Source: Paecilomyces variotii (Eukaryota). Taken from it: DNA of 64,000 bases. The stretch lies in NCBI GenBank assembly GCA_004022145.1, contig RCNU01000003.1, one strand, 5' to 3'. Below, one piece after another: positions 14,606 to 28,100 of the stretch. Position 1 is the first letter of the stretch, and the number at the start of each line of letters is the position of its first letter. The translations under genes were made by a program, and so were the position numbers. Under the pieces are notes generated by a model. The model ran no database searches, was not told the origin of the DNA, and saw only the letters and a program-made list of their open reading frames with translations.

Positions 14606-16488
14606 ATACTAGCACTATAATAATACTCCCTTTTTTAAGATTAAGCTCTATTAAAATTATCTCTAGGCTTTAGCTTATTTAAGTAATAATAATAAAAATT
14701 TATAATAATCTTTTAAATATATTATAAATAATATATAGGCTCTTTAATTAAGTTATTATAATTTAATTATTTAACAGTATATTATAGTTAAAAGCCTTTA
14801 TACTTATAATATTCTTATTAGAAGTTTAAAATATCTTTAATAACTTATTTTTTAAGGCTATTAACTTTAATAGGCAGTAATAAAGATTATCTCTATCTAG
14901 GTATAAGGTCTTTAATAATAAGGCGAAGTAAGTTAATATTAAATATAGAATAAATATATATTAAGATAAATAAGTTAAGCTAGTAAATATATAGGCTAAT
15001 AACCTTAATAATATAAAATAGGCTAAGATTCTTCTAATTAAATTTCTTTTAGAGGTATTAAATATAGATATTTTAAATATTTAATTAAATAGATTATTCT
15101 ATATAATAGTAGTAGGCTAAGATTTAATAATAATTAGTCTACTTTTTATAATAAGCTTAGGTAGTATAGATTTAAGTATAGATATAATTTATAATATCTT
15201 ATATTTTTTTAGTAAAGGCTTTAATATCTCTAATAATAGGCTAGTTTATAAGCTAAATAAGCTTAAATCTTATATATAAATAGAACCTATAGTTAATAAA
15301 AAAAAGTAATACTTTAATAGTCTTAGAATAATAGGAGTTTAATATAAACTTAGCTAAAGATAGCTAATTAATTTAATTATCTTATAAATAGCTAATATAA
15401 GTGTGTAGATATTATTTTAAGATAATATTTATTCTCTTAATCTAATTATTAGTCTTAAGATAATAAATAGTAAATAATAAGTTTATAATATCTAAATATT
15501 AGGTTAGATATTTTTAAAAAATAATAATAAACTAAAGGCCTTAATTAAATACTATAATTTTTAATAGCCTATAAAGCTTCTATATATAGTAGATATATAA
15601 TTATACTACTCTTTTAATATTATAAGTAGCTTAATAGAGGATAAAATATTTTATCTTTATAAGTTAATCTATAATAATTAATATAATATTATAATCTTAA
15701 TAAGATATAAGTCTAGTAATAAAATCTATTAAGATATTTTATTAAGAGTATTTAGAGATAAAGAGCTAGTATAAGATTCTTTAATAGCCTTTATTTAAGA
15801 ATATAATATAATAGTAAATATAGTAATTCTAGGTCTAATAATTTATATATTAATATATATTTAGCTAATAGTATTCTTATAAGATTAAGTTATAAAGCTT
15901 ATATTTTTTAAGATATTTAAATATATACTTATTATAATATTCTTATAATAGGTAGGCTCTTAACTTATTATAATTAAGAATATATAGGCAGTCTTTATAA
16001 TATAAATATCTTTTTTTTTATTAATAATTAGCTAGTATAATCTTAGAATAATAGTTAGCTTTATAATCTAAAGCTTATAGAATAAATTATATTAAGTTAT
16101 TAAATAGATAAGCTATATCTAATAAGTCTTTAATACTTAGTAAATATTCTAGTTTATTAGATATAATAGGGGAACTTAACTAGTCTTACTTAATAAGCAA
16201 GGCTATTTTTTAATAGGCTAAATAGTCTCTTTAATAGACTAGATTATCTCCTTAACAGGTTAAATAATTTTAATAAACTAGTTAGGTAATAGAGTAGACT
16301 AAATAGCTTTTTTAAACTAAATAGATTAACTTTTTAAAATAAGTTAAGCAGGTATTTTTATAAGTTTAGCAAGATTTTTAACTTTTTAAGCTATTAAATT
16401 AGTAAAGTAAATATACCTTATTATTTAACTTCTAATAATAGCTTCTAATTTTAGAGATCTCTAAATCTATAGGTTAAGGTTTTCCTTC

Positions 16489-16676
16489 TAATATAGATCT
16501 ACTGGTGCGGCTACTAGAGAGGGGCATAGAGATATAAGGGTCCTATTATATAAGCATACTTAGCTAGATATAGTCTCCTCCTTCTGCTAAATAGAGAGGC
16601 AAACTTTCTCTTTTAAATCTATCCTAGTTCTAGCGTTAAGCTACTAAAACTATTATTTTATTATTATTCTCTATTA
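16489..16676 (+). repeat. 5' LTR of element C
   Basis: Direct repeat of 24935-25122. Confidence 0.93.
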
Positions 16677-19600
16677 AAATAATAATATATCTAGGATATC
16701 TAGGACTTAAGCTATTATAATTTAAAAAAATTTTTTTTATAGACTCTCTATATTAATCGGGACCCGATTAGCATACTACTAATATATTATCCCCTTATTC
16801 CCCTTATTCCCTATTAAATCCCTATTATCTCTATTATCTTTATTGAATTATTATAGTTTATTATTATTAGACTATCTCTATTAGTATTAAATTTAGTACT
16901 AGCTTATATATAAGTATTATTAGCTAGTATGCCTATATAGCTAGACTAAGATCCTACTATTAACTTAATTATTATTTTTATTATTTTTATTATTCTTATT
17001 ATTTATATTATTGCCTTTAAAAATCTATTACCTTATTATAGTTATGCCAGATAATAATACTTTAAATAACCTAAAATTTCTAAACTTCTATATCTAAATA
17101 GTTAAGTTAAAATTTTAACTAGCAGTATTTAAAACTATAGATTCCGCCTATTATTATTATTTTAAACAAGATCTTATTAATTATATTAATTTTATTACAG
17201 CTAATTATATAGCTCTAGTAATAATACTATTATAACTCTAGAATCTTTTATTTTTAAGAGTCTCTTAATTACTTATAAGAGATAAACAACAATTAAATAG
17301 AATATTTATCTATTTAGCGGAGTAGAAGATAGACTATAATAGTCTCTTAAATACTGCTAAAAATCTTTAAAAGAGAATATAATTTTTATTATTACTTAAA
17401 ATATTCTTTCTATAAAAGAACTTATATTCTGGTAAACCTATAGTTTTATTAGGAGGTATTATTCTATTAGGGAGATTTAGAGGATAATCTAAAGCTATAT
17501 TATCCGCAAGTATAAAACTATCTAAGATATCTAATATAAATATAAACCCTAATCTTAATATTAATTTAAGCTTATAGGCCTAAGAGTAATATAATTTAGA
17601 CTCTTAAGCTTAAAGGCAAATAAGTAATACTAGCAATAATAGAGGAGGCAACACTAATAATAATATAGAAGATAATACTATACTATAAATAATATAATAG
17701 ATATTAGACTAGAACTAAGCTCTAATTAATTATCTATAGGACTAAGATTATAGCTAAAGCTAGAGGGCTTCTAATAGCTAAAATACCTCTAATAGGGGAA
17801 TACTTAGCATAGATAGTACTATACTACTATTATTATAGAAATAAGATAATTTAGGCTATTTTTATCTAGATCTTAAGGATATTAATTATACTAGGGAAAG
17901 ATTAATAGTTAATATTAAAAATTATATATACTATTATAATATCCTTATCTTTATTAATAGAATATATAATCTTACAGCAGTTAAAGGCGAACTAATAGTT
18001 TATACTTATATTTATATATTACTTTATAATATAGCCCTGTAATAATTTACAGCAGAATTAACTAACCTTAAGAAAAACTCTTTATACTACCTAACTATTA
18101 AAATAGAATAAATCTTAGCCCTTATTAAGCAGTTTTAAAAAAACCCCGCTATAATAATATAAGAGCTAAATTAGTTAATATATATAATAATAAATATAAG
18201 GAATAGATATAGCCTATAAGGATTTATTTAATCTATAATTAGGCTATATAGGGCCTCCAGCATAGAGAATACCTATAGCTAGCTTCTTATAGTATAGAAT
18301 TAATTAGATCTTAATCTTAAATATAATATTTATATGCCGCAGTTAAATATTATATTAGGAGACTTTATATATAAACTAGAAAAGGCCTTTATAATATAAA
18401 TAAAGCAAGCTTAAAAGCAATAGCGCTAATAGAACAGCTAAAGATAGAACTAGCTAAACTAATATTTCTTCAATATATCTTATAATAACTAGAGAAGATT
18501 TCCTAATATTCTTTTTAATAACCCTAGGAATAGATATTAGAACTCTTATAATATATAATATGCTAACTAAAATAATTAGGGTAGGCTATAGCCTAATTAG
18601 TAAATATAGTTATTTCTCTATTAGAATATTAGCTTCTAAAACTAATATTAATAATAATAGCTATAGCTATAGCAATAATAGCAATAGTTATAATAACTAT
18701 AATAGTAATAGCTTTATCTACTATTTCCCTAATACCTATATTAGAACTAGACTTATTAATTTAGTTAATATTAATACTAGCAATAGAATACTATATAATA
18801 GAGGAACTTTAGCAGCATAATAGGTTATTAAAATACAACTTTAATATAGGCTTACTATAGGGATGCTAATAATTACCCTATAGAATTTAAAATAGGCAAT
18901 AAGTATTATTAAGATAATATATATTACTGCAGTTTTAAAGATAGTTTTTACTAGGGCATATACTATATTAGGTAAAATAATATCTATAATAATTAACTAG
19001 AATATAATAAGCAGAAATATAATAATTAAGATTTTTAGAATTAGGGTTTTAAGGAAGTTATAAACCCTAATTATTTTAAAAATAACTTTAGGGATTATTA
19101 TACTAATATTAACTTAATTAATACTAATCCTAATATCTATAAGCCTTATAAATATTGCACCTGTTATATTTCTTTTATCTTAAATAATCGCTTATATGCG
19201 CATTTTTATAAAGTAGACTTTTATTTTAACTTATTTTATATTAAACCTAGTAATACCGCCTATAAGATAGTCCTAAATATTTAAGCTTATTATATTAATA
19301 TTTATTACATCTATAATAAGTTAAATAAATATATAGAAAACCCTAGAATTATTATAATCTCTAAGTAAGCTAGCTAATACCCTAAAAAGGTCTTTAGAAT
19401 ATAATGCTATATAATAGTTGCTATATGCTTTACTAGATTAATATAATATATTAAACTAATTCTTAATACTAGCTATAATATAATATTTATAGACCGCAAA
19501 TTCCTACAATAATATTTGCCAGATATTAAGATTACTAAGCTTAACAGACTAATATATATTAAGAGTATTAGGGTAATAATTTAAGAATTAACTAAATATA

Positions 19601-22600
19601 TAGAAATATCCTTAAATTTCCTAGCCTTAACTAAAAAAGAAATAATTATACTCTATATAGAAATAAAAGTCTATATTATTAATAGCTTATAAGCATATAT
19701 ACTTATTAAGAGCGATATTATTATACTATTATATATAATGCTTAATTTCTTAATATATTAATTGAGAATTAAAAATACAACTGCCCTAATCTAGGTAACT
19801 CTAAAAAAATATTATAAGGTATATTTTATCTATATTATAGCTAAGTTTATAGTTTCTTCTAAATCTATTATTAAGATACTAGTCTATATTATTAAAGAAT
19901 TACTAAGAGATAGAAACTTCTTATTTAAACTATCTTATAGCAGAATACCCCTTAGCTTTTAATTATATATTGCAAATATATATTTTGCTTTTATTAATAT
20001 AATTAATGCTATAATATAAGAATAGACTATCCCTAAAAAGATATATCTTAAACTGCTCTATAACCTTAATAATACTAATATATTTCTTGCTAAATTAAGC
20101 ACTAATATTCTTGCAATAAAACCTATCTAAGAACTTATCTTATTATCTCCCTAAACTAGCTTAAGACTATATAAATATAGATTTCCTCAAGAAGTAACTG
20201 TATACGCAGAATATAAGGCTATATACTAATAATTTTATAATATTATTAAGCAATATAATATTTAGTATAACTGCGGTTTTATTAATATCTTAAAAGAAGA
20301 ATAGATAACTATAAAAATTGCCTAAGGCTAGAAAAAGGAGGTACTGTATTATAGTAAAGTCTATTCTTTAAGATTAAAAGAACGCAAGGTTATTAATAAG
20401 GAGTTTAATAAACTCTATAAATAAGATAGAATAGAATAGGCTATTAATTATACTCCTATTAAATACCTTATATTTATTATTTAGTATAATATTGTTAAAA
20501 ATAATAAGACTATAAGAAAAGCCAGGGTTATTATTAATATTTGGGGACTTAATAAGATAATAGAACCTAATATTTATCCTATTCTCCTTTAAGAGACTAT
20601 TTTAGTATTTATTGCAGGTAAGCGCTATATCTTAATCTTTAATGCTACGCAATTCTTCTATTAATAGTGTATTTATCCTAATAAATAATAATATCTAAGC
20701 ATTATTATATATAGAGGATAAGAGATTTTTAAGATAATTATTATAGGCTTTAAGAATGCTATAATATATATATAAAGGCAGATAAAAAATAAGCTATATA
20801 ATCTCCCTTTTATAAAAGTTTATATTAATAATCTTATAGTTATATTAGATATAGAAGATAAGTATAAGCAATATCTTTATATTATCTTTAACCGGCTTAA
20901 GAAGCTTAATATTAGTATTAACCCAGAAAAGTTATATATTGCTTATTTTAGTATATACCTTCTTAGCTAATATATTAATATACTAAACTTATCCTCTATA
21001 AAGGAGAAGTTAAAAGTAATTATAGAATTATCTTTCCTAGCTAACCTAAGATAGCTTAAAATATATCTTAGACTTATTAGTTAGATAAGATAATATTGCC
21101 CTAGCTATACTATAATAGCAGAACTACTTAAGAACTGAAAAACTATACTATTATATACCTTAGTCAAGATATTATATAATAAGACAGCATATTAGTAGTT
21201 AGCTATAGGTATTCCCCTAGCTATATTATCTAATATAGAGCTCTATGCCTATAATAAGATCTAGAGGCATTTTACTATTCTCTTATTTTTAGTCTATTAC
21301 TCCCTAAAGAAATAGCTCTATATTAATCTTAATATATTTATTATAAGTTTTTTAGCAGTTATATACTATCTCTATAAAGAAGATCTTAAAGATAACTAAT
21401 ATTTATTATATATAGTATTAAGAGTTAAAGCTAATGCAAACTACTGCTATATAGCTTATACTCTTCTTTAGTTACTGTATAAATACTACTAAAAGAAACT
21501 ACTAGCCGATAAAAATAGAAATAGCTTATTTTATCTAAGTTTTATATAAACTATATTATATTATTAAGACTACTAAAGATTTATTAGTTATATTTATAGA
21601 TTATAATATAATACTTACTATTACTTAATAAATAATATTAATAACTTCCTTAACAGATAAGCTAAACCTATACCTTATTAAAGTATTATAATATATATAG
21701 TACTTTAAGATTTATCTCTAATATAAGCCTAAAAAAAAAAATATTATTATAGATATATTCTTTAGATTACTATCTCTAATAATAGTATTAAAAGAAGTAA
21801 AATTAGATTATAAAGTCTTTTTTAGCTATACTTATATTAGTAAGGAGAAACTACTAGTCTATAATATAATCCTATTAAAATTATTAAACAATTTTAAGCA
21901 ACTCTTAAAATAGAGATATTAGACTAACTCTTATTAGGCCTATATTCTTAACCTACTTAAGGCTAAAAAAAATAATACTATAATCTTACCTTTTATTTCA
22001 TATAATAAACTCCTTTATTTAATTAGCTCTAATAGTTTTAAATAACTATATTTACCTAAATTAGCTCTCGTAAAAGTCTTTAAAATAACTTATAATAATA
22101 TAGGTTATCCGAGCTATTATAAGATAATCTTTTATCTATATAGCTTTACTATTTATTAGATAATAAAATATATTAAAGTATATATTAGATATTGCTATAA
22201 ATATTAGATTAACTAAATATATTAGTATCCTCCCTATAGAAGTTACTAACTAATCTTATTACCTAAAATCCCCTTCTATACTATTACCTTAGACTTTATC
22301 TTAAATTTACCCTAGATAAAGGAATATAATTAAGTGCTAACAGTAATATATAAATTTATTAAAAGGATTACTTTTATTATAGGGAAGAATATATAAACAG
22401 CTTATAATTAGGCTATAGCCCTATTTAAGCGTCTTTAAATAGGTAATTAGGGTCTGCTCTCTATTATAATATTAGACTATAATTAAAAGTTTCTTTTAAA
22501 ACTATAAACTAGCCTTTTTAAAGGTTTAAATACTAAGCTATTATATTCTATAGCCTATTACCTATAAACTAATAACTAATCTAAGAGAATAAACTAAATA

Positions 22601-24934
22601 GTAAAAATCGCATTATAATATTATATTATAACACTTAAGATAATTATAGATTAGCTAAAGATACTCCTATATATATAAATAGTATTAAACTCTTTATTAT
22701 TAACTGTTATAATAAAGTTACTATATAATCTTATATTTAAAATGCGCCTTAATAATACTATAATTCTTTATACTAGAATAATCTAAGACTTTATATACTA
22801 TCTTAATATATATAAGGCACTCTAATTCGCAGTAATAGATGCTAAGAGAGTCTATAATTAATACTATAAGGCTATATACTTTACCTTTAGCAATTTAGTT
22901 TTACTACAGCTATATTATAAGTATAATATACTTAATTTAATAAAGCTTAGACCTAAATTATTAGCGCAATTTATAGGCCCGCTAAAAGTTCTTTATTAAG
23001 TTAGGTATCTAGTATATAAGCTAGAAATCCTACTATACTAGCACTATTATAATATGTTTTTAATAGTATATTTAAAGCTATATTATAATAACAATTTATT
23101 CTACTAAGAATAATCTATATATAATCTGCCCCTAGTATAGGTTAATAAAGAAGATATTAATTACTATAAGATTGAGCAGCTAGTAGATTAATGTATATAC
23201 AGAGTATAAAAGAAGAATATTATTAAATACCTTATAAGATAGTTAGGTTATAGCCTAAAATTTAATATTTAATATAATATTAAGGATCTTACTAATATTA
23301 TAGATTTTATCTATAATTATAATAGACTATATAATCCTATTAACCTTAAAGAATTACTATAGAGATATTATAAATATTATACCTAGAAGAATAATATTAT
23401 AGGCAGCGTAATAATAACTAATATCTAAGGCTTAATAGATGGGATAAATTTGCTATAACCTATATATCTAACCGCTTTATTAATATATTTAAACTTTACT
23501 CTTATTATTATCTTTAATTCTTTTATCTTTAATAATTTATTACTCTCTTCAGTTTACTGTAATTATATTTATTCTTCCTTTATCTTATTCTCTAGTTAAT
23601 CATAACTATATTTAATTCTTTTATTAATTTTTCCACTATTATTGCAATACTCTTATCTTATTCTCTACTTAATTATATTATTATTATAATAATAAAGGAT
23701 AAGATTTTCGCGCAAAAGAAAGATAAGATAAATATATACCTATATATATCTTATCTAGAAGTATAGGTCGCAGCCACTAAATATATACTAGAAGATTTTA
23801 ATATATTAACTATAATTATAAATAAAGATAACTGGGATTAATATATAGCAAGATAAAGGAGGTATATTATAGCTAGATTATATAAGATAATTATAGACTT
23901 CCTTAATATAATAAGGATAATCCTTAATTTAGCCAGACTTAGCCCCGCTAAAACACTTAAAATCAGCTATTTCATTAAAATAAATATAAAGGCAGAAGAA
24001 GCAATTTATATAATACTATTAAACTGCCTTACCGCTAAAAAAGCTATTATACTAGATATTTATTAGAAAGTAATTATTAAATCTGCTCTATAATTCTTAA
24101 AACTAACACCTTTACTTATATTACTAAAAAAGCTACTATAAATAAGATCTATTAGTATCTAGATAAAAGACTAGGTATAAATGCCTATCTATAAGAATCT
24201 TATTATTATTAATCCCCTCTATAATAATAATAATATTACCCCTATAATATAGGATAGTGCTAGCATATTCTTATTTATAAGAAAATGTTTTTTTTTTCTG
24301 CGCCCTAACTTAAGATTCTTCCTTATTTTAGCTATTTAATATAATACTGCCCTATTTAAATACCCTATACTAGCTAATTTGCGGCACCTCCTTCTTGTCC
24401 TAGTTAATTTACTTATTAACTCTTCCTATAGTAAAAGATAAATGCTTTATATTTAACCCTTTTTAAAAAAGGGAATAGATATATTATTATAATACTTATA
24501 AGTAAATAAGAACAGGGTTATTATTTTCTTAGAGTATATACTCTTTATACCTAAAGCAATTATTAAAAAAGTAAGAATAGACCTAATAATAGCAGCTATT
24601 ATAATATACCGCGTATACTTATAAATGGCGATATTATAGTTTAAAAATAAATACACTAAATAAAAGAAAGCTAGGCAGAACTGGGAGTAAATACTATTTA
24701 CTAATAATAAAGACAAATTAAACATTATATAGCTAATAGGCATAATTATAAAAATAGCTATAACTATTAAATATCCTAACGCCTTTATAAATAATAAGTA
24801 GGATAAATATACTTAGTATTAGCAACAGGAATTAAGTAAGAAGCATAAGAGATAAAATATAAAATATTATTTGCAACGCTTTATAAGATGCTATTTATAA
24901 TAAAGATATCGCTTTAACTTAAAAAGGGGGACTT

Positions 24935-25122
24935 TAATATAGATCTACTAATACAGCTACTAAAGAGAGGCATAGAAATATAAGGGTCCTATTACATAAG
25001 CATACTTAGCTAAATATAGTCTCCTCCTTCTGCTAAATAGGAAGGCAAGCTTTCTCCCCTAAATCTATCCTAGTTCTGGCGTTAAGCTACCAAAACTATC
25101 ATTTTATCGTCGTTCTCTATTA
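24935..25122 (+). repeat. 3' LTR of element C
   Basis: Follows the PPT and is followed by TSD CCTTC. Confidence 0.93.
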
Positions 25123-28100
25123 CCTTCTTTAAGACTATCTAGCTTTAATATTATAATTGTTTATTCCCCTTTTTAAAGAGATTTTTTAACCTCTTAATTA
25201 AGATATTAGGCTTTATTCTTTACTTTTTAAAATAATATATAATTTAGAAGTTAAATTAAGATAAAAACTTAGATTAATAGGCCTATTACTAATTTAACAG
25301 CTTAATTAATATAAAATATTTTAGATTATAATAGTCTATAATAACTTTAATTAATAATAATATACCTTTAAGCTTAGAGTACTATTCTTTAAAGCAGTAG
25401 ATAATTGCTAGTAATTCTTTATTATAAATCTTATAATTATACTTTATAGCAGAGAGTTTCTTTAAAAAAAATATAATAAAATATAGGATTTTTTTATTAT
25501 TATACTAAGATATAACTCTAGCTAATATATAATTAGATAAGTTAGTTTTAACTATAATCTTATAGGTCTAGTTAAATAGCTTTAAAATTAGAGCTTAAAT
25601 AAATACTTTTTTTAAGGTTTTAAAACTAGACTAATAGGCGGGTATTTAATTAAAGAAAATTCCCTTCTAGATTAAGTTTATAAGCAGTATAATTATCTTA
25701 GAAAAATTATAAATAAACTAATAATAAAAGTTACTAAACCTAATAAAGGCTTATATATTAATTATATAAATTAGGGTCTTCTATTTAATAATTATTTTTA
25801 CCTTATCTAAGTTTATTTTAATATAGTCTTAGCTAATAATAATGCCTAAGAATTTAGTCTTAGAGATAATAAACTTATACTTCTAGATTTTTATATATAG
25901 GCTTACTTTATATAGCTTCTATAAAATAGTATAGATATATTAAATATATTTAAAATAGGTTATATTATATACTAAGATATTATTAAGATATATAATATAA
26001 AAGATATTAAGATAATCTTATAGAGTATTATTAATAAATTATTAAAATATTATTAATACTTCTATTAAGCTAAATAGTATTATTAATAATTTAAATAAGC
26101 TAAATTAAGTATAGAAGATAGTTAGATATTCTTATCCTTTCTTAATATAAAGATTATTAAATATAAAAATAATATTAATCTTTATAAAATACTTTATTCC
26201 TTTTAAATTATTTAGGGTTTCCTTAATTAAGAGTAAGAGATATTAATCCTTAATAGTTATTATATTTAGGGCTTAGTAATCTATATAGATCTATATTCTT
26301 CTACTAAGCTTCTTAATAAATAAAATTAGAGATATAATAAATAATAAGTTTAAGCAGATAAATCTCTTTTTTAAATTTTTTTTAATTTATTCTTTTAAGA
26401 CCTTTAATTTATCTTAAAATATAATATATAAGAATTTAAAAGAAAGTAACTTTCTCTTTAGCAGCTTAATATTATAGTTATAAAAATAATATAGTAGTAG
26501 GTACTTAGCCTCCTTAGGAGAAAAGATATTAATATAATTTTTAAACTCCTTAAGCAGTAAATAAATAAAGTCTTTTTTTTAAACTTATTTAATCCTTAGA
26601 GTAATATCTAGGTCCTTTAAGATAATTATAAATATTTAAATATTTCTTTAAGCATAGGTAAAATAAGCAGCTAGAGAAATAAAGGCTATATTTCTTTTTT
26701 TTAATCCTCTAAGTCTTAAGAATAGATATTAGGGTAAAGCTTTTAAGAGAATATTATATAGGGCAGGTATTTTAGTTAGTTTTAAAGGTATATTATAATT
26801 CTTTTAATAATAATTATTATTAAAAGCAATATTATAAGCAATAAATTATAAGTATAAGTTATAGCGCTTTAATTAGAGAAGTCTTAAAATAATAAATAAT
26901 ATACTAATTAGATAATATAAAACTTAGTATCTTTCTTAAAATAGTCCTTAATTCTTATATCTATTTAGATATAATATATAATCTTCTTATTCTCTAGTTC
27001 TCTTTTATTAAATATATATAAGATAATTAGGCTTTTTAGGGGGATAAGCTTTAATTTTTAATTTTTAGCCTATTCTTAGTTTATAAATCTTTATCCTTTA
27101 GCTCTAGTATTAAATAGGGTATAAATTAATAAATAAATCTTCTCCTTCTTTCTTTCTAATATTATAGATAATATTATTAATTTTAATTATTATAAATATT
27201 CTTTAAGGTTAATTTTATAAATAATAGTAGTAGAGATTTAGATAATATATAATTCTTAAGCTTAGCTATAATTTATTCTAGGCTTACTCTTTTTACTAAA
27301 AATTAATTAAAGGATAAATTATATAAGTCTAGGAATTAGATTATTTAAGAAATTTAAAGATAGAGTTTATATATAGCTATAATCTAGATCTTCTAGCAGT
27401 TATTTAAATATAAGTAGTTTTTAATATAATATTTTAGAGAGCTATAATAAAAGCAGGCACTAGTTTTATAATATAATAGACTATACTCTCTCCTGCCTAA
27501 ATATTTAAAAATGCTTAAATTTATTAGATTATATAGCTATATTAAGGCTAATTTACTTTTTTATATAAGGCTTCTCTAGGGCTAATTATTATATCTTATA
27601 GCTAGGGTAAGACTTAAAATAAGTAAAAAAGACTAAATATATTAAATAAGTTTTAAAATAGTAATATAAATCTTTATAATAAGAGGCTAGTTTATAATAT
27701 ACTAGCAGTAATAGTTCTTAAGATCTTATAAAAATTTAATAAATTAATAATATTTATAACTTAAGGGTTAATTATATAATAATATTTCTTAAAATTCTTA
27801 ATTAATAGCTTACTTAAATAAGGTAAATAATATTCCTTTAAGTATTTTTTCTTTTAGTGCTAGGTGCTAGAACTTAATAAAAAAAATTTTAAATTTTTTA
27901 TTAATCTAATAGAGGTTAAATAGTTTATTATATATATTATTTATATAATTAAGATTATTAAATATATACTCTAAGATATTTAAAATCTCTTAATAGTTAT
28001 TAAAAATATAAGTTCTATTTTTAATATATAGTAATATTTAGATATAAAATATATCTTTTAAGCAGTTAATTATATAGGCTATATAATTCTAAAGAGTTAG

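Larger units (their letters stand above)
16489..25122 (+). mobile_element. Full-length RIP-inactivated chromodomain-bearing Ty3/Gypsy element C (8634 bp) nested in D
   Basis: 188-bp LTRs 16489-16676 and 24935-25122. Perfect 5-bp TSD CCTTC (16484-16488, 25123-25127). PPT AAAAAGGGGG at 24921-24930. De-RIPed motifs: protease LDTGC..T.IDRKFL ~19460-19505, RT KGRVVVDIRGLN ~20518-20555 and YIDDL at 20821, chromodomain YEIE.LV...EYLVRW.GY.PE.D.W ~23165-23275. Confidence 0.94.

Noticed and set aside
11221..24743. ORF-track ORFs in the AT block (11221-11460, 18560-18820, 24453-24743)
   Set aside because: I/L/N/Y/K-rich chance frames produced by RIP; not real genes.
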